Part shown: piece after piece, positions 37,513-46,078 of the stretch
Position numbering within the stretch: position 1 is the stretch's first letter
How the letters are laid out: each line of letters starts with the position of its first letter
Source: Syntrophomonadaceae bacterium
GTDB lineage: Bacteria; Bacillota; Dethiobacteria; SKNC01
DNA: 64,000 nt
Assembly: GCA_003560915.1 (NCBI GenBank)
Contig: PWJM01000053.1
Span: 891-64,890 of the forward strand
Direction of reading: 5' to 3'
Notes under the pieces: generated by a model
Seen by the model: the letters and a program-made list of their open reading frames with translations, nothing else
The model's database searches: none
What the model was told of the DNA's origin: nothing
Program-made: the position numbers and the translations under genes

Positions 37513-38113
37513 TCATACACCCCCTTACAAAGGAATTCACCTTAAATAAAGTCTCCTGAAGATTTTCCTCCTTAACCAGGAGAAGTTCTACCTTTGGATG
37601 CTTTTTAATTTTTTCCAGCACTTCTTCCCTCTCAAAGCATCCTTTTTGATTACCCAGCTTTTGGTCCATTTTTCCTGCATTTCTAGAAGTTTTTAATACC
37701 CCCAGGCAGGAAATATATCCATCAAGAACCTTCATCAGTAAATTTGTAAATTCAGGAAATGCCAGCTCCACTCCCCCAATTTCATCCATTAAAATAATCT
37801 TTTTCCCTTCAGCTTTTGCCCTCTTCAGTGCACACAATCCTGTTTTAATAAAAATTTCTTTTTGGACTTTCCACCGGTTTCCCGTACAGTACAGAAAAGG
37901 CTCTACCTCAGAAATACTTTGGACATGTTTTTCCAGCACATACTTCTCCTTATCCTCAAGGCTGTTTAAAGTAAAGGCCTGGTACCGATCGCCCACATAT
38001 ATTCTTTGGACAAAGAAACCCCCGGACATTTCTCCATATGGCAGCAGGGCCTGTCGGATTATCTGGGATTTCCCCAGTCTCATGTCTCCTTCCAAAAACA
38101 GGTGTCTTTTCAT
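37472..38113 (-). CDS. NTPase_1/THEP1-like nucleoside triphosphatase
   Basis: P-loop variant GDMRLGKS, GGFF, LMDEIGGVE; ATG at 38113 after GAGGAGG. Confidence 0.75.
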   Translation of the reverse strand: MKRHLFLEGDMRLGKSQIIRQALLPYGEMSGGFFVQRIYVGDRYQAFTLNSLEDKEKYVLEKHVQSISEVEPFLYCTGNRWKVQKEIFIKTGLCALKRAKAEGKKIILMDEIGGVELAFPEFTNLLMKVLDGYISCLGVLKTSRNAGKMDQKLGNQKGCFEREEVLEKIKKHPKVELLLVKEENLQETLFKVNSFVRGCMNAGGKSMVRGADR

Positions 38114-38163
38114 TTCCAGCCTCCTCTTTGAAAAGAACCGTATATTATCCAACACAGGTACAT

Positions 38164-39000
38164 TTAATCCAATGCTTTAGCCGCATAAGCGTACCTGTTC
38201 TTCTGCACCCCACAGGTAAGACATAAAACTGCTTCCAAAACTCCCCCGGCTACCGACCTTGCCTTATCCGATATGGTGAAACAGTAATCCCTTTGGGCCC
38301 GGGGGTCGATATCTCCCACTTTCATCCCCGGAAAAACCGTCAGGCCTGGATACAGCAGCCCTCTTACTATACCGGAGATACCGGCTTTTATGGATATCCC
38401 ATCCACCCGGGCAACCTCGTCTCCCTCCTGGACATGGTCCCCAATACTGCAATTCGTTTCAAAAACACCCTCCGCAGGTGACCGCAAAAGTCTTTCCACT
38501 GTATAACCACCAATATTTCCCGGTATTCCAGTGTTAGGAATAGCTTCTCCCCGGTAAATCACTTTTCCCAGGTTGTGACCCCGGGAGGTCTCCACCACAG
38601 CATGAACATCTCTTCCGGCACAATATCCGGGGCCAAGGGCAACCACCACCGGGGCGCTTTTCATGGTCACTCCCGTATTTCGCTTTGAGACAGTACCCTC
38701 CACTAACACTTCAAAGGGAAGCCAGGAAAGATATTTCAGTTTCGGGTTAATCAACAGCGGGATTTCCCCCCTGTCAAGAAACTTCAAGGTTTCTTCCGGA
38801 CTATCCACCCTGCGGGCAGTAATTCCCTCCACCTGCATTTGACCATCTAAGGCTGCCTGGGCAAAGGAAACCGTTCGGCGAACCAGGGTAGGTTTTTCCT
38901 GTTCTATCATAACTACCTTCATCCCCGCCTGGTAAAGTCGATGGGCTGTTCCACTGGCCAGATCACCAGCCCCTTTAATCAGCACGATTTTAGAATACAT
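38164..39000 (-). CDS. yqeB: Selenium-dependent molybdenum hydroxylase system protein YqeB
   Basis: IKGAGDLASG, RRTVSF, ALGPG, ETSRGHNLG, PNTGIPG, KVGDIDPR, SDKARSVAGGVLE. Confidence 0.93.
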   Translation of the reverse strand: MYSKIVLIKGAGDLASGTAHRLYQAGMKVVMIEQEKPTLVRRTVSFAQAALDGQMQVEGITARRVDSPEETLKFLDRGEIPLLINPKLKYLSWLPFEVLVEGTVSKRNTGVTMKSAPVVVALGPGYCAGRDVHAVVETSRGHNLGKVIYRGEAIPNTGIPGNIGGYTVERLLRSPAEGVFETNCSIGDHVQEGDEVARVDGISIKAGISGIVRGLLYPGLTVFPGMKVGDIDPRAQRDYCFTISDKARSVAGGVLEAVLCLTCGVQKNRYAYAAKALD

Positions 39001-39811
39001 CCATGTTCCCCTCCATTTTTACCGGGCCCATATTTTTTACCCGCAGTACCTGTGCCATAATACTCAGGGCAATCTCTTCAGGGCTGTTTCCCCCCAGGTT
39101 CAATCCAATGGGAGCATAAACTCTTTGCATCAGTTCTTTAGAAACCCCTTTATTTACAAGGTTTTCAAATACCTTTCGGGTTTTCACCTTACTTCCAATC
39201 ATGCCTATATACCTGGCGTCGGAATCTACTACCTTTTCCAGGGCAGCCTCGTCGTGTGAATGACCCCGGGTAACAATTACGATGTAAGTATTCCCGGCAA
39301 TTGAAAAGCCTGCCAAACCTTCTTCTATATCCTGCACCAGGATTCTGTTTGCATCCGGAAACCTCTCACGGTTGGCAAATTCTTCCCTGTCATCTAATAC
39401 GGTCACCTTAAATTCCATCATTTTTGCCAGTCGGGCCAGGTATAAAGAAATATGTCCCGCTCCTATAATGAGCATGTGGGGAGGCTCAAGATACGGTTCA
39501 ATAAAAACGGTTACCTTTCCTCCGCAGACCATTCCCAGTTCTGCCGCATCCTTCCCGGTCAGATCATACTTAAAAAATCCTGCACAACTGTTATTGATGG
39601 CATCCACGGCATCCTTGATTACCTGCATTTCCAGGCTTCCTCCCCCCACGGTGCCCTGTGATTTCCCGTCTTCGTAGACGAGCATTTTTGCCCCCGCCTG
39701 GGCAGGTGTAGAACCCGAAGACTTTACCACAGTAGCCAGAGCCGTGGGAATGTTTTCCTCAATACACCGGGATAGTTCTTTAATGATTTCCTTATTTTCC
39801 ATGCCGTACAT
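38990..39811 (-). CDS. xdhC: XdhC/CoxI-family molybdenum-cofactor chaperone
   Basis: GSTP..GAKM, GTVGGG, CGG, GAGHIS, TRGH..DE, GMIGS, PIGL..GG.SPEEIALSI. Confidence 0.92.
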   Translation of the reverse strand: MYGMENKEIIKELSRCIEENIPTALATVVKSSGSTPAQAGAKMLVYEDGKSQGTVGGGSLEMQVIKDAVDAINNSCAGFFKYDLTGKDAAELGMVCGGKVTVFIEPYLEPPHMLIIGAGHISLYLARLAKMMEFKVTVLDDREEFANRERFPDANRILVQDIEEGLAGFSIAGNTYIVIVTRGHSHDEAALEKVVDSDARYIGMIGSKVKTRKVFENLVNKGVSKELMQRVYAPIGLNLGGNSPEEIALSIMAQVLRVKNMGPVKMEGNMDVF

Positions 39812-39890
39812 CCCTCCTTTGAGCTATTCTGCTTACGGAAACGCTTTACTGCATCCCGGGTTGTTATCCCTCTCAACCAAATATTTTGAC

Positions 39891-39914
39891 GGTTATACTG
39901 CACCGGGTATAACG
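39891..39914. promoter_or_regulatory. ModE-like operator palindrome
   Basis: GTTATAC-8 nt-GTATAAC perfect dyad, about 80 nt upstream of xdhC. Confidence 0.55.
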
Positions 39915-40087
39915 AGCAGAAAAATTGGGATATTCGCTCTTCTTTAGAAGTTTGAATATCGCAAGATTGCTGAAACTTATTATTCTAACCGTGTTTTCTG
40001 GCTTTATCTTCTATTATATAAATGCTGTCGCCGGGCTTGAATAATACCCTGGCCCCTTCTATTTAAACGCTATTTCCCGAAAAAGAT

Positions 40088-40137
40088 TGTGTCGGGACTA
40101 TTTCTCATGAATTTCCATGAGAAACAGTCCCGATACA
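40088..40137. repeat. 22-bp-stem hairpin after the Mo-subunit gene (terminator or stabiliser)
   Basis: TGTGTCGGGACTATTTCTCATG-6 nt-CATGAGAAACAGTCCCGATACA, 20 of 22 Watson-Crick pairs. Confidence 0.6.
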
Positions 40138-40176
40138 GAAAAGGAGGTTATATAAATCACAGTTTAAAACCTGCTT

Positions 40177-42492
40177 TTATTCACAGGATTTTAAACTCTC
40201 CTGTAAAGCCATATAGATTTTTTCTTCGGTCATTGGAATTTCAAAGAAACGGACTCCAATGGCATCGTATACTGCATTCATGATGGCTGCAGCCGTAGCG
40301 ATTAAACCCGTCTCACCGACGCCCTTAACATTAAAGGGATGGGTAGGTTCATCACTCTCCACAATGATTGCCTGCAGTTCGGGCAGGTCAACAGCGGTGG
40401 GCAGCATGTATTTGTGGAAACCTGTGTTTAACTGTCTGCCATTTTCATCATAAAGGATTTCTTCAGTTAATGCATATCCATATCCCTGGGCCAGGCCTCC
40501 TTCAATTTGGCCCTCCACAATAGTGGGGTTAATGGCTCTACCCACGTCATGGGCAGCCACCAGCTTATTAACGGTAACTTTTCCGGTCTCTGTGTCTACT
40601 GAAACATCCGCAAAGTGTGCCAGCCAGGGAGGTGCGTTTTGGGGCACCACTTTAGCCACTCCAATGAACTGCTCTCCCTTGAACTGTGCCTGTATGGTAA
40701 CTTCTCTAAGGGAAATTTTCTTATTAGGATTGCTTTTGGATACAATCATGTTGTCAACAATGTCCAGGTCCTGAACGTCCTGTGCACAGTAAATACAGCT
40801 TTCTCTTTCTGCCAGAAGCTTTGCAGCAAACTCCAGCGCTTCTTTCTTAACCTGCGCTGCCGCCTGGGTCACCGCCATGCCCACTACGTAACAAGTCCGA
40901 CTGGCATGAGCACCAATTTCAAAGGGTGAACTTTCGGTGTCAGCAATGGTAACTTCTATTTTGTCCATAGTTACACCCAGTGTTTCCGACACCATCTGGG
41001 ACAAGGTCGTCTGCACCCCGGTTCCCATTTCTGGGGAACCTACGGCAATCTGCACCGATCCATCCTGCTGTATATTAACATAAGCGTTGGAATAATCGCC
41101 GCAGAAGGGCCAGGCATTGGACACGTGGGTTCCGCAGGCCATTCCAATACCTCTTTTCACCGAACCGCTATTATCAAAAGTGCCTTTCTTATCCCAACCA
41201 ATGGCCGCTGCTCCCTGATCGATACATTCCTCCAGAGCAATACTCTGGCATTGGTAGGGGAGAACCCATTCTCCTCCAACCTTCATCATATTCTTCTTGC
41301 TGATTTCCCTGCGGTCAATTCCCAGCTCCTCGGCAATAATGTCCAGCTGTGCTTCAATAGCTGTGGAGGCCTGAGGGCTTCCAAACCCCCGCATAGCACC
41401 GGAAGGGGTGGTATTGGTATAAACAGCAATTCCGTCATAGTACTGGTTAGGACAGCTGTAAAGGGAAAGCCCCATACATCCCAATACCCCGTGGGTCTCC
41501 GTGCTGAAACTGCAGTAAGCACCGGCATTAAGAACGGCTTTCATCATTCTGGCTGTAAAAGTGCCATCTTTTTTAACACCGGTCTTTAAGTATACATATC
41601 CACTGTGTCTGGTATCCGATGACGTAAAATCTTCTTCCCGGTCATAAACAACTTTCACCGGTCTTTTTGCTTTCTGGGCCAAAGCTATAGCTATGGGTTC
41701 TGCTTTTGCAGATAGGCCGATTCTCACCCCAAAGCCGCCACCGATGAAGGGGGGGCTCAATACCCTTACTTTGCTGTAAGGAACATCAAACAGGTCGGCA
41801 AGTATAGCACGGCTGGGGTGAACCGTTTGCGTGCTGGAATACACGGTGATTTTCCCGTCAGCGTCAATGGTGGCTACAGCAGCCATGGTTTCCATCTGGC
41901 ACTGCTTTTGTACAGGCAGTTTAAACTCATGTTCAAAGATATAGTCTGCATCTTCAAAACCTTTTTGTATATCCCCCAGTTCCAGGTGAATTTTTTCCCC
42001 GGGAAGATTTTTACCATGTTCACGGGGGCCTTGAAGGTCAGGGGCCTCCTCCTTATTCGCTTCCTTAGGGTCAAATACGGAAGGAAGCTGTTCATATTCC
42101 ACTTCAATCAGCTTTAATGCCTCTTGGGCAATTTCCTCTGTTTCGGCAGCAACTGCTGCCACTTCATCACCCACATAACGCACCACATCATCAAAAATCC
42201 TTTGGTCTTTTACAGGTACCAGGGGCGGCAGGGTAAAGACTATGGTGGCAGAAGTATTAAATAATTTACTGGTGGTATTCTTATGGCAGATTACCGCCGC
42301 TACTCCCGGCAGCTGTTCAGCTTTCGTGGTATCAATATTTACTATACGAGCATGTGGATACGGACTGCGCAAAACTTTGGCGTACAACATTCCTGGCAGA
42401 CTTACGTCGGAAGTAAAACAAGGTGCGCCAACAGCCTTCTGTGTCCCGTCGTATCTAGGGAGCCTTTTACCAACAACAGAATAGTTTTTCAC
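40177..42492 (-). CDS. Xanthine dehydrogenase-family molybdopterin-binding subunit
   Basis: LRSPYPHARI, GGGFG, AMRGFGSPQ, GAHASR, INP..VEGQIEGG, KGVGE; GTG start after AGGAGG. Confidence 0.93.
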   Translation of the reverse strand: MKNYSVVGKRLPRYDGTQKAVGAPCFTSDVSLPGMLYAKVLRSPYPHARIVNIDTTKAEQLPGVAAVICHKNTTSKLFNTSATIVFTLPPLVPVKDQRIFDDVVRYVGDEVAAVAAETEEIAQEALKLIEVEYEQLPSVFDPKEANKEEAPDLQGPREHGKNLPGEKIHLELGDIQKGFEDADYIFEHEFKLPVQKQCQMETMAAVATIDADGKITVYSSTQTVHPSRAILADLFDVPYSKVRVLSPPFIGGGFGVRIGLSAKAEPIAIALAQKAKRPVKVVYDREEDFTSSDTRHSGYVYLKTGVKKDGTFTARMMKAVLNAGAYCSFSTETHGVLGCMGLSLYSCPNQYYDGIAVYTNTTPSGAMRGFGSPQASTAIEAQLDIIAEELGIDRREISKKNMMKVGGEWVLPYQCQSIALEECIDQGAAAIGWDKKGTFDNSGSVKRGIGMACGTHVSNAWPFCGDYSNAYVNIQQDGSVQIAVGSPEMGTGVQTTLSQMVSETLGVTMDKIEVTIADTESSPFEIGAHASRTCYVVGMAVTQAAAQVKKEALEFAAKLLAERESCIYCAQDVQDLDIVDNMIVSKSNPNKKISLREVTIQAQFKGEQFIGVAKVVPQNAPPWLAHFADVSVDTETGKVTVNKLVAAHDVGRAINPTIVEGQIEGGLAQGYGYALTEEILYDENGRQLNTGFHKYMLPTAVDLPELQAIIVESDEPTHPFNVKGVGETGLIATAAAIMNAVYDAIGVRFFEIPMTEEKIYMALQESLKSCE

Positions 42493-42502
42493 GTTATCCC
42501 TC

Positions 42503-42982
42503 CTACTTACCATTTTTTAATATTTCCGCTGCTTTTTCCACTGCTTCTTCTATCTTGACAAAGCCTGTACACCTGCAAACATTGCCGGCAAGAGCCTGTT
42601 TAATTTCTTCTTTGGTGGGTTTAAGATTTTTGTCTAAAAGCGCTTTACTGGACATAATCATTCCGGGAGTGCAGAATCCACATTGAATGGCTCCGCAGTC
42701 AATAAAAGTCTGCTGTAGCGGATGCAGCCCATTACCATTGGAAAGCCCTTCAATAGTTTGTATTTCTGCCCCCACAGCCTGCATGGCAGGAACAATACAT
42801 GAATTAACTGCTTTCCCGTTCATTATGATAGTACATGCACCACATTCACCTTTCCCACAGCCTTTTTTAACTCCTTTTAGTCCTAACTCTTCCCTAAGTA
42901 CATCCAACAAAGTATCTCCTGGCTCAACCATCTTCTCTACGGTCTTACCGTTAACCACCATGGTCAGTGTTTTCTTGTTCAA
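42503..42982 (-). CDS. Xanthine dehydrogenase-family [2Fe-2S] subunit
   Basis: KKGCGKGECGACT...NSC; QCGFCTPG...NVCRCTG. Confidence 0.95.
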   Translation of the reverse strand: MNKKTLTMVVNGKTVEKMVEPGDTLLDVLREELGLKGVKKGCGKGECGACTIIMNGKAVNSCIVPAMQAVGAEIQTIEGLSNGNGLHPLQQTFIDCGAIQCGFCTPGMIMSSKALLDKNLKPTKEEIKQALAGNVCRCTGFVKIEEAVEKAAEILKNGK

Positions 42983-43012
42983 ATCATGGTCCCTCCTTTT
43001 TTCTATTTGACA

Positions 43013-43873
43013 TTACTGCCTGGCATTTTTTATTGCTTCAGTAATGCCTCGTTTAACCAAATTCACCAGCACAGAAGAACGGTAAGCCCGGGAACCCCTG
43101 AGCTTACTGTCACGGGGATCAGCCATGGCTGCCGCCTTTTTCGATGCTTCCAGAATTACTTCTTCCGAAGGTTCTTTGTCCTTAAGAAGTTCTTCTGCTT
43201 CCAAGGCACGCAGAGGTTTTGTAGACACAGGCGCCATTACAATACGCACCCATTCAATTTTGCCATCCTTGAGGGAAGCCGCCACTGCGACACAAAGCAT
43301 GGGAAGTGCCAGGGCTCCTCTCTTAGCCAACCTTACATAAGCAGAGCCCTGGTTAGAGAACAGCGCAGGGAACCTTACCGCGGTAATTATCTGACAGGAG
43401 CTGTCCACCTTACATTTGGCTAATCCGGCGTAAAGATTTTCCACCGGCTGATATATTGTTCCTTCCTTATCAACGATCTCAGCTTCAGCCCCCAAAGCCA
43501 CCAGGGCTACGGCAGCATCAGCCGCCGGTTGAGCATTTACAATATTACCCACCACCGTGGCAGTATTTCGAATTTGCAGGGAACCTACAGAGCCAGAAGC
43601 CTTCGCTAAAACTACAGCTTTTTCTTGTATCAAGAAAGATTCAGCCACCTCTTGATGAGTGGTTCCGGCACCTATGATAATATTTCCATCGGATTCTTTA
43701 ATACCTTTCAATTCTTTAATTCCGTTAATATCTACCAAAGTATCAGCAGCAGCCTTACAGGACTTAAGGTCCAGCATCAGGTCGGTGCCGCCGGCAATCA
43801 GCTTTGCATTTCCCTGCTTTAATGCAGCCAAGGCATCTTCTACAGTCTTAGGCAAAACATAATCATTAATCAA
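43013..43873 (-). CDS. Xanthine dehydrogenase-family FAD-binding subunit
   Basis: LIAGGTDL, IGAGTT, QIRNTAT..GNIVNA.PAAD. Confidence 0.93.
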   Translation of the reverse strand: MINDYVLPKTVEDALAALKQGNAKLIAGGTDLMLDLKSCKAAADTLVDINGIKELKGIKESDGNIIIGAGTTHQEVAESFLIQEKAVVLAKASGSVGSLQIRNTATVVGNIVNAQPAADAAVALVALGAEAEIVDKEGTIYQPVENLYAGLAKCKVDSSCQIITAVRFPALFSNQGSAYVRLAKRGALALPMLCVAVAASLKDGKIEWVRIVMAPVSTKPLRALEAEELLKDKEPSEEVILEASKKAAAMADPRDSKLRGSRAYRSSVLVNLVKRGITEAIKNARQ

Positions 43874-44070
43874 TTCAGTTTCCCTCCTTCTTTTATTACC
43901 TTATTGAACGCAGCTTACCAAAAGCTTTTAAGTTCTTCTCACCTCCCCGTGAAATATTTTATTAATATTAAAGATAGGTAAATAGGTGAAAATTTCAGGC
44001 AAAAAACCGGATACATGGATTCGACATTATTCGACTTTTTATCTGGTTTTATGTAGTATTTAATTTCATA

Positions 44071-44095
44071 TTTCGACATATTTTTTAATATTCCT
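44071..44095 (-). promoter_or_regulatory. Sigma-H-like promoter upstream of the hydroxylase genes
   Basis: Minus strand AGGA-17 nt-GAAA (GTCGAAAT). Confidence 0.4.
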
Positions 44096-44315
44096 TCCCC
44101 TTTTGAAAAGTTTTTACCATGTAAGATGGATTTCTTCCATGTAAAATATCCTCTGTTTTCCCCTATTTTACTACCTTTATGACAGATACACTAAAACAAT
44201 ATTAATAATTTTTAACAAAAATAATAAACTCGCACATTACGAGCTCATTCGACAAATTATTCATTTTATCTCCTGGGAAATCAGGGAGTCAGGAGAAAGT
44301 GAGAGGTGAGTCAGA

Positions 44316-44344
44316 GTGAGTCAAAGTACCGTCCCCTGACTCAC
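44316..44344. repeat. REP-like ACCGTCCCC hairpin, copy downstream of spoIVA
   Basis: GTGAGTCA-AAGTACCGTCCCC-TGACTCAC with perfect 8-bp arms; extra GAGTCA units at 44286 and 44308. Confidence 0.7.
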
Positions 44345-44355
44345 CTAAAATAAAA

Positions 44356-44384
44356 AAAAATGCGTGTTTTCGGCACGCATTTTT
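44356..44384 (-). terminator. Intrinsic terminator of spoIVA
   Basis: AAAAATGCGTG-7 nt-CACGCATTTTT. Confidence 0.75.
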
Positions 44385-44421
44385 ACATTTTTAAGCCTTC
44401 ATGATTAAGTTTGATTAACTT

Positions 44422-45903
44422 TTAAAGTATTATGGCTATGAGTCCACCGCTGCCCTCGTTTATAATTTTTGAGAGGGTCTGCTGCAGCTTCTCCTGGGCA
44501 TTAGGCGGCATGTTGGAAAGTTTGGAACTGATGCCGTCCTTGACCAGGGCATGCAGGGATTTTCCAAATATGTTGGATTCCCATATTTTTTCCGGATTTT
44601 CTTCGTACTCCTCCATTAAGAAGTTTACCAGGTCTTCACTCTGCTTTTCGCTGCCCACAATGGGGGCAAATTCAGAAATAACATCCACTTTAATCATGTG
44701 TAAAGAGGGTGCGCTGGCCTTTAGCCTTACTCCAAAACGGTTGCCCTGCTTAAATATTTCCGGTTCTTCCAATACCATTTCTTCCAGGACAGGGGGTACG
44801 ATACCGTAACCAATATCCTTTACGTCCTCCAAAGCCTCCTCTAATTTGTCGTATTCTCTTTTTGCCTTGGAATACTCTCTCATAATCCGCAGCAGGTCAG
44901 CCTTATCCTTAATCTCTTCTCCGCAGGTTTCTGATAATATCAGGTCATAGAGGGACTCAGGAGACTCTATTTCCACAAAAGCCTGCCCGGTTCCCAGTTC
45001 CATATCAGTTAATTTTGCAGATTCTACAAAGTCATATTCTTTTAGCCTCTCCACCAGACCTTCCACTTCCCGGAGGCGTTTTATTTCCGCCACGTTTTCC
45101 CGGATTGCCTGGTTAAAACTATCCCTCAACCAGTGGTCGTCGTACAATACCTCTACCCACTTGGGCAGATTAATGCTTACCTGCCTGACGGGGAATTCAA
45201 GAAGGACTTCCTGCAGGATTTTGTCAATGTCCACTTCTTGCAGGTACAGACAGCTCAAAGTAATAACCGGCACATTATATTTTTCCTTAAGCTCTTCCTG
45301 AAGAGTGAGGGTTTCCTCTGCGTCAGGCTGTGTGGAATTTAAAATGATTACAAAGGGCTTATCAATGGCTTTGAGTTCTTCGATGACTCTTTCTTCGGCA
45401 TCAAGGTAGCTTTCCCTGGGTATGTCAGTGATGCTACCATCTGTAGTGACCACCAGGCCAATGGTAGAATGATCGCTGATTACCTTTCTTGTGCCTACTT
45501 CTGCCGCTTCTTCGAAGGGTATATCATAATCAAACCAGGGAGTAGTAACCATTCTAGGCCCATTTTCATCATCGTAACCAACAGCTCCTGGAACCATATA
45601 TCCAACACAGTCAACCAATCTTACCCGCATGCTGATATTTTCTCTGATAGTTACTTCTACAGCTTCTTCAGGAATAAATTTAGGCTCGGTAGTCATAATA
45701 GTCCTACCACCGCTGCTCTGGGGAAGCTCGTCTTTTGCCCGTTCCCGGTTTTTCTCACTGATATTGGGAAGGACTAAGATTTCCATAAATTTTTTAATGA
45801 ATGTCGATTTACCGGTCCTGACAGGTCCGACCACCCCAAGGTATATGTCTCCGCCAGTTCTTTCAATTATATCCTGAAAAATGTTTACTTTTTCTCTCTC
45901 CAA
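44422..45903 (-). CDS. spoIVA: Stage IV sporulation protein A (spore coat ATPase)
   Basis: DIIERTGGDIYLGVVGPVRTGKSTFIKKFM, MTTEPKF, C-terminal INEGSGGLIAIIL. Confidence 0.98.
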   Translation of the reverse strand: MEREKVNIFQDIIERTGGDIYLGVVGPVRTGKSTFIKKFMEILVLPNISEKNRERAKDELPQSSGGRTIMTTEPKFIPEEAVEVTIRENISMRVRLVDCVGYMVPGAVGYDDENGPRMVTTPWFDYDIPFEEAAEVGTRKVISDHSTIGLVVTTDGSITDIPRESYLDAEERVIEELKAIDKPFVIILNSTQPDAEETLTLQEELKEKYNVPVITLSCLYLQEVDIDKILQEVLLEFPVRQVSINLPKWVEVLYDDHWLRDSFNQAIRENVAEIKRLREVEGLVERLKEYDFVESAKLTDMELGTGQAFVEIESPESLYDLILSETCGEEIKDKADLLRIMREYSKAKREYDKLEEALEDVKDIGYGIVPPVLEEMVLEEPEIFKQGNRFGVRLKASAPSLHMIKVDVISEFAPIVGSEKQSEDLVNFLMEEYEENPEKIWESNIFGKSLHALVKDGISSKLSNMPPNAQEKLQQTLSKIINEGSGGLIAIIL

Positions 45904-45962
45904 TCTTCTTCCCTCCTTTAGGTTTTTTCGAGGAGATCAGGAGTTAGTTCTTTTAACGTTAT

Positions 45963-45992
45963 ATATATATGATAAAAATTGGTGAATATTAC
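45963..45992 (-). promoter_or_regulatory. Possible sigma-E promoter of spoIVA
   Basis: GTAATATT-13 nt-CATATATAT; spacing is marginal. spoIVA is sigma-E controlled in B. subtilis. Confidence 0.35.
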
Positions 45993-46078
45993 ATATGCAA
46001 TAAAAAAAATACACCACTTCCTTAATTAATTCATATACGGAAGCGGTGTAATTTATATACAAAAATTTATTTTAATTT

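Noticed and set aside
40177-43873. Selenocysteine (UGA) recoding in the hydroxylase subunits
   Set aside because: All three ORFs are full length with no in-frame UGA; YqeB/YqeC-type systems use labile selenium, not selenocysteine.
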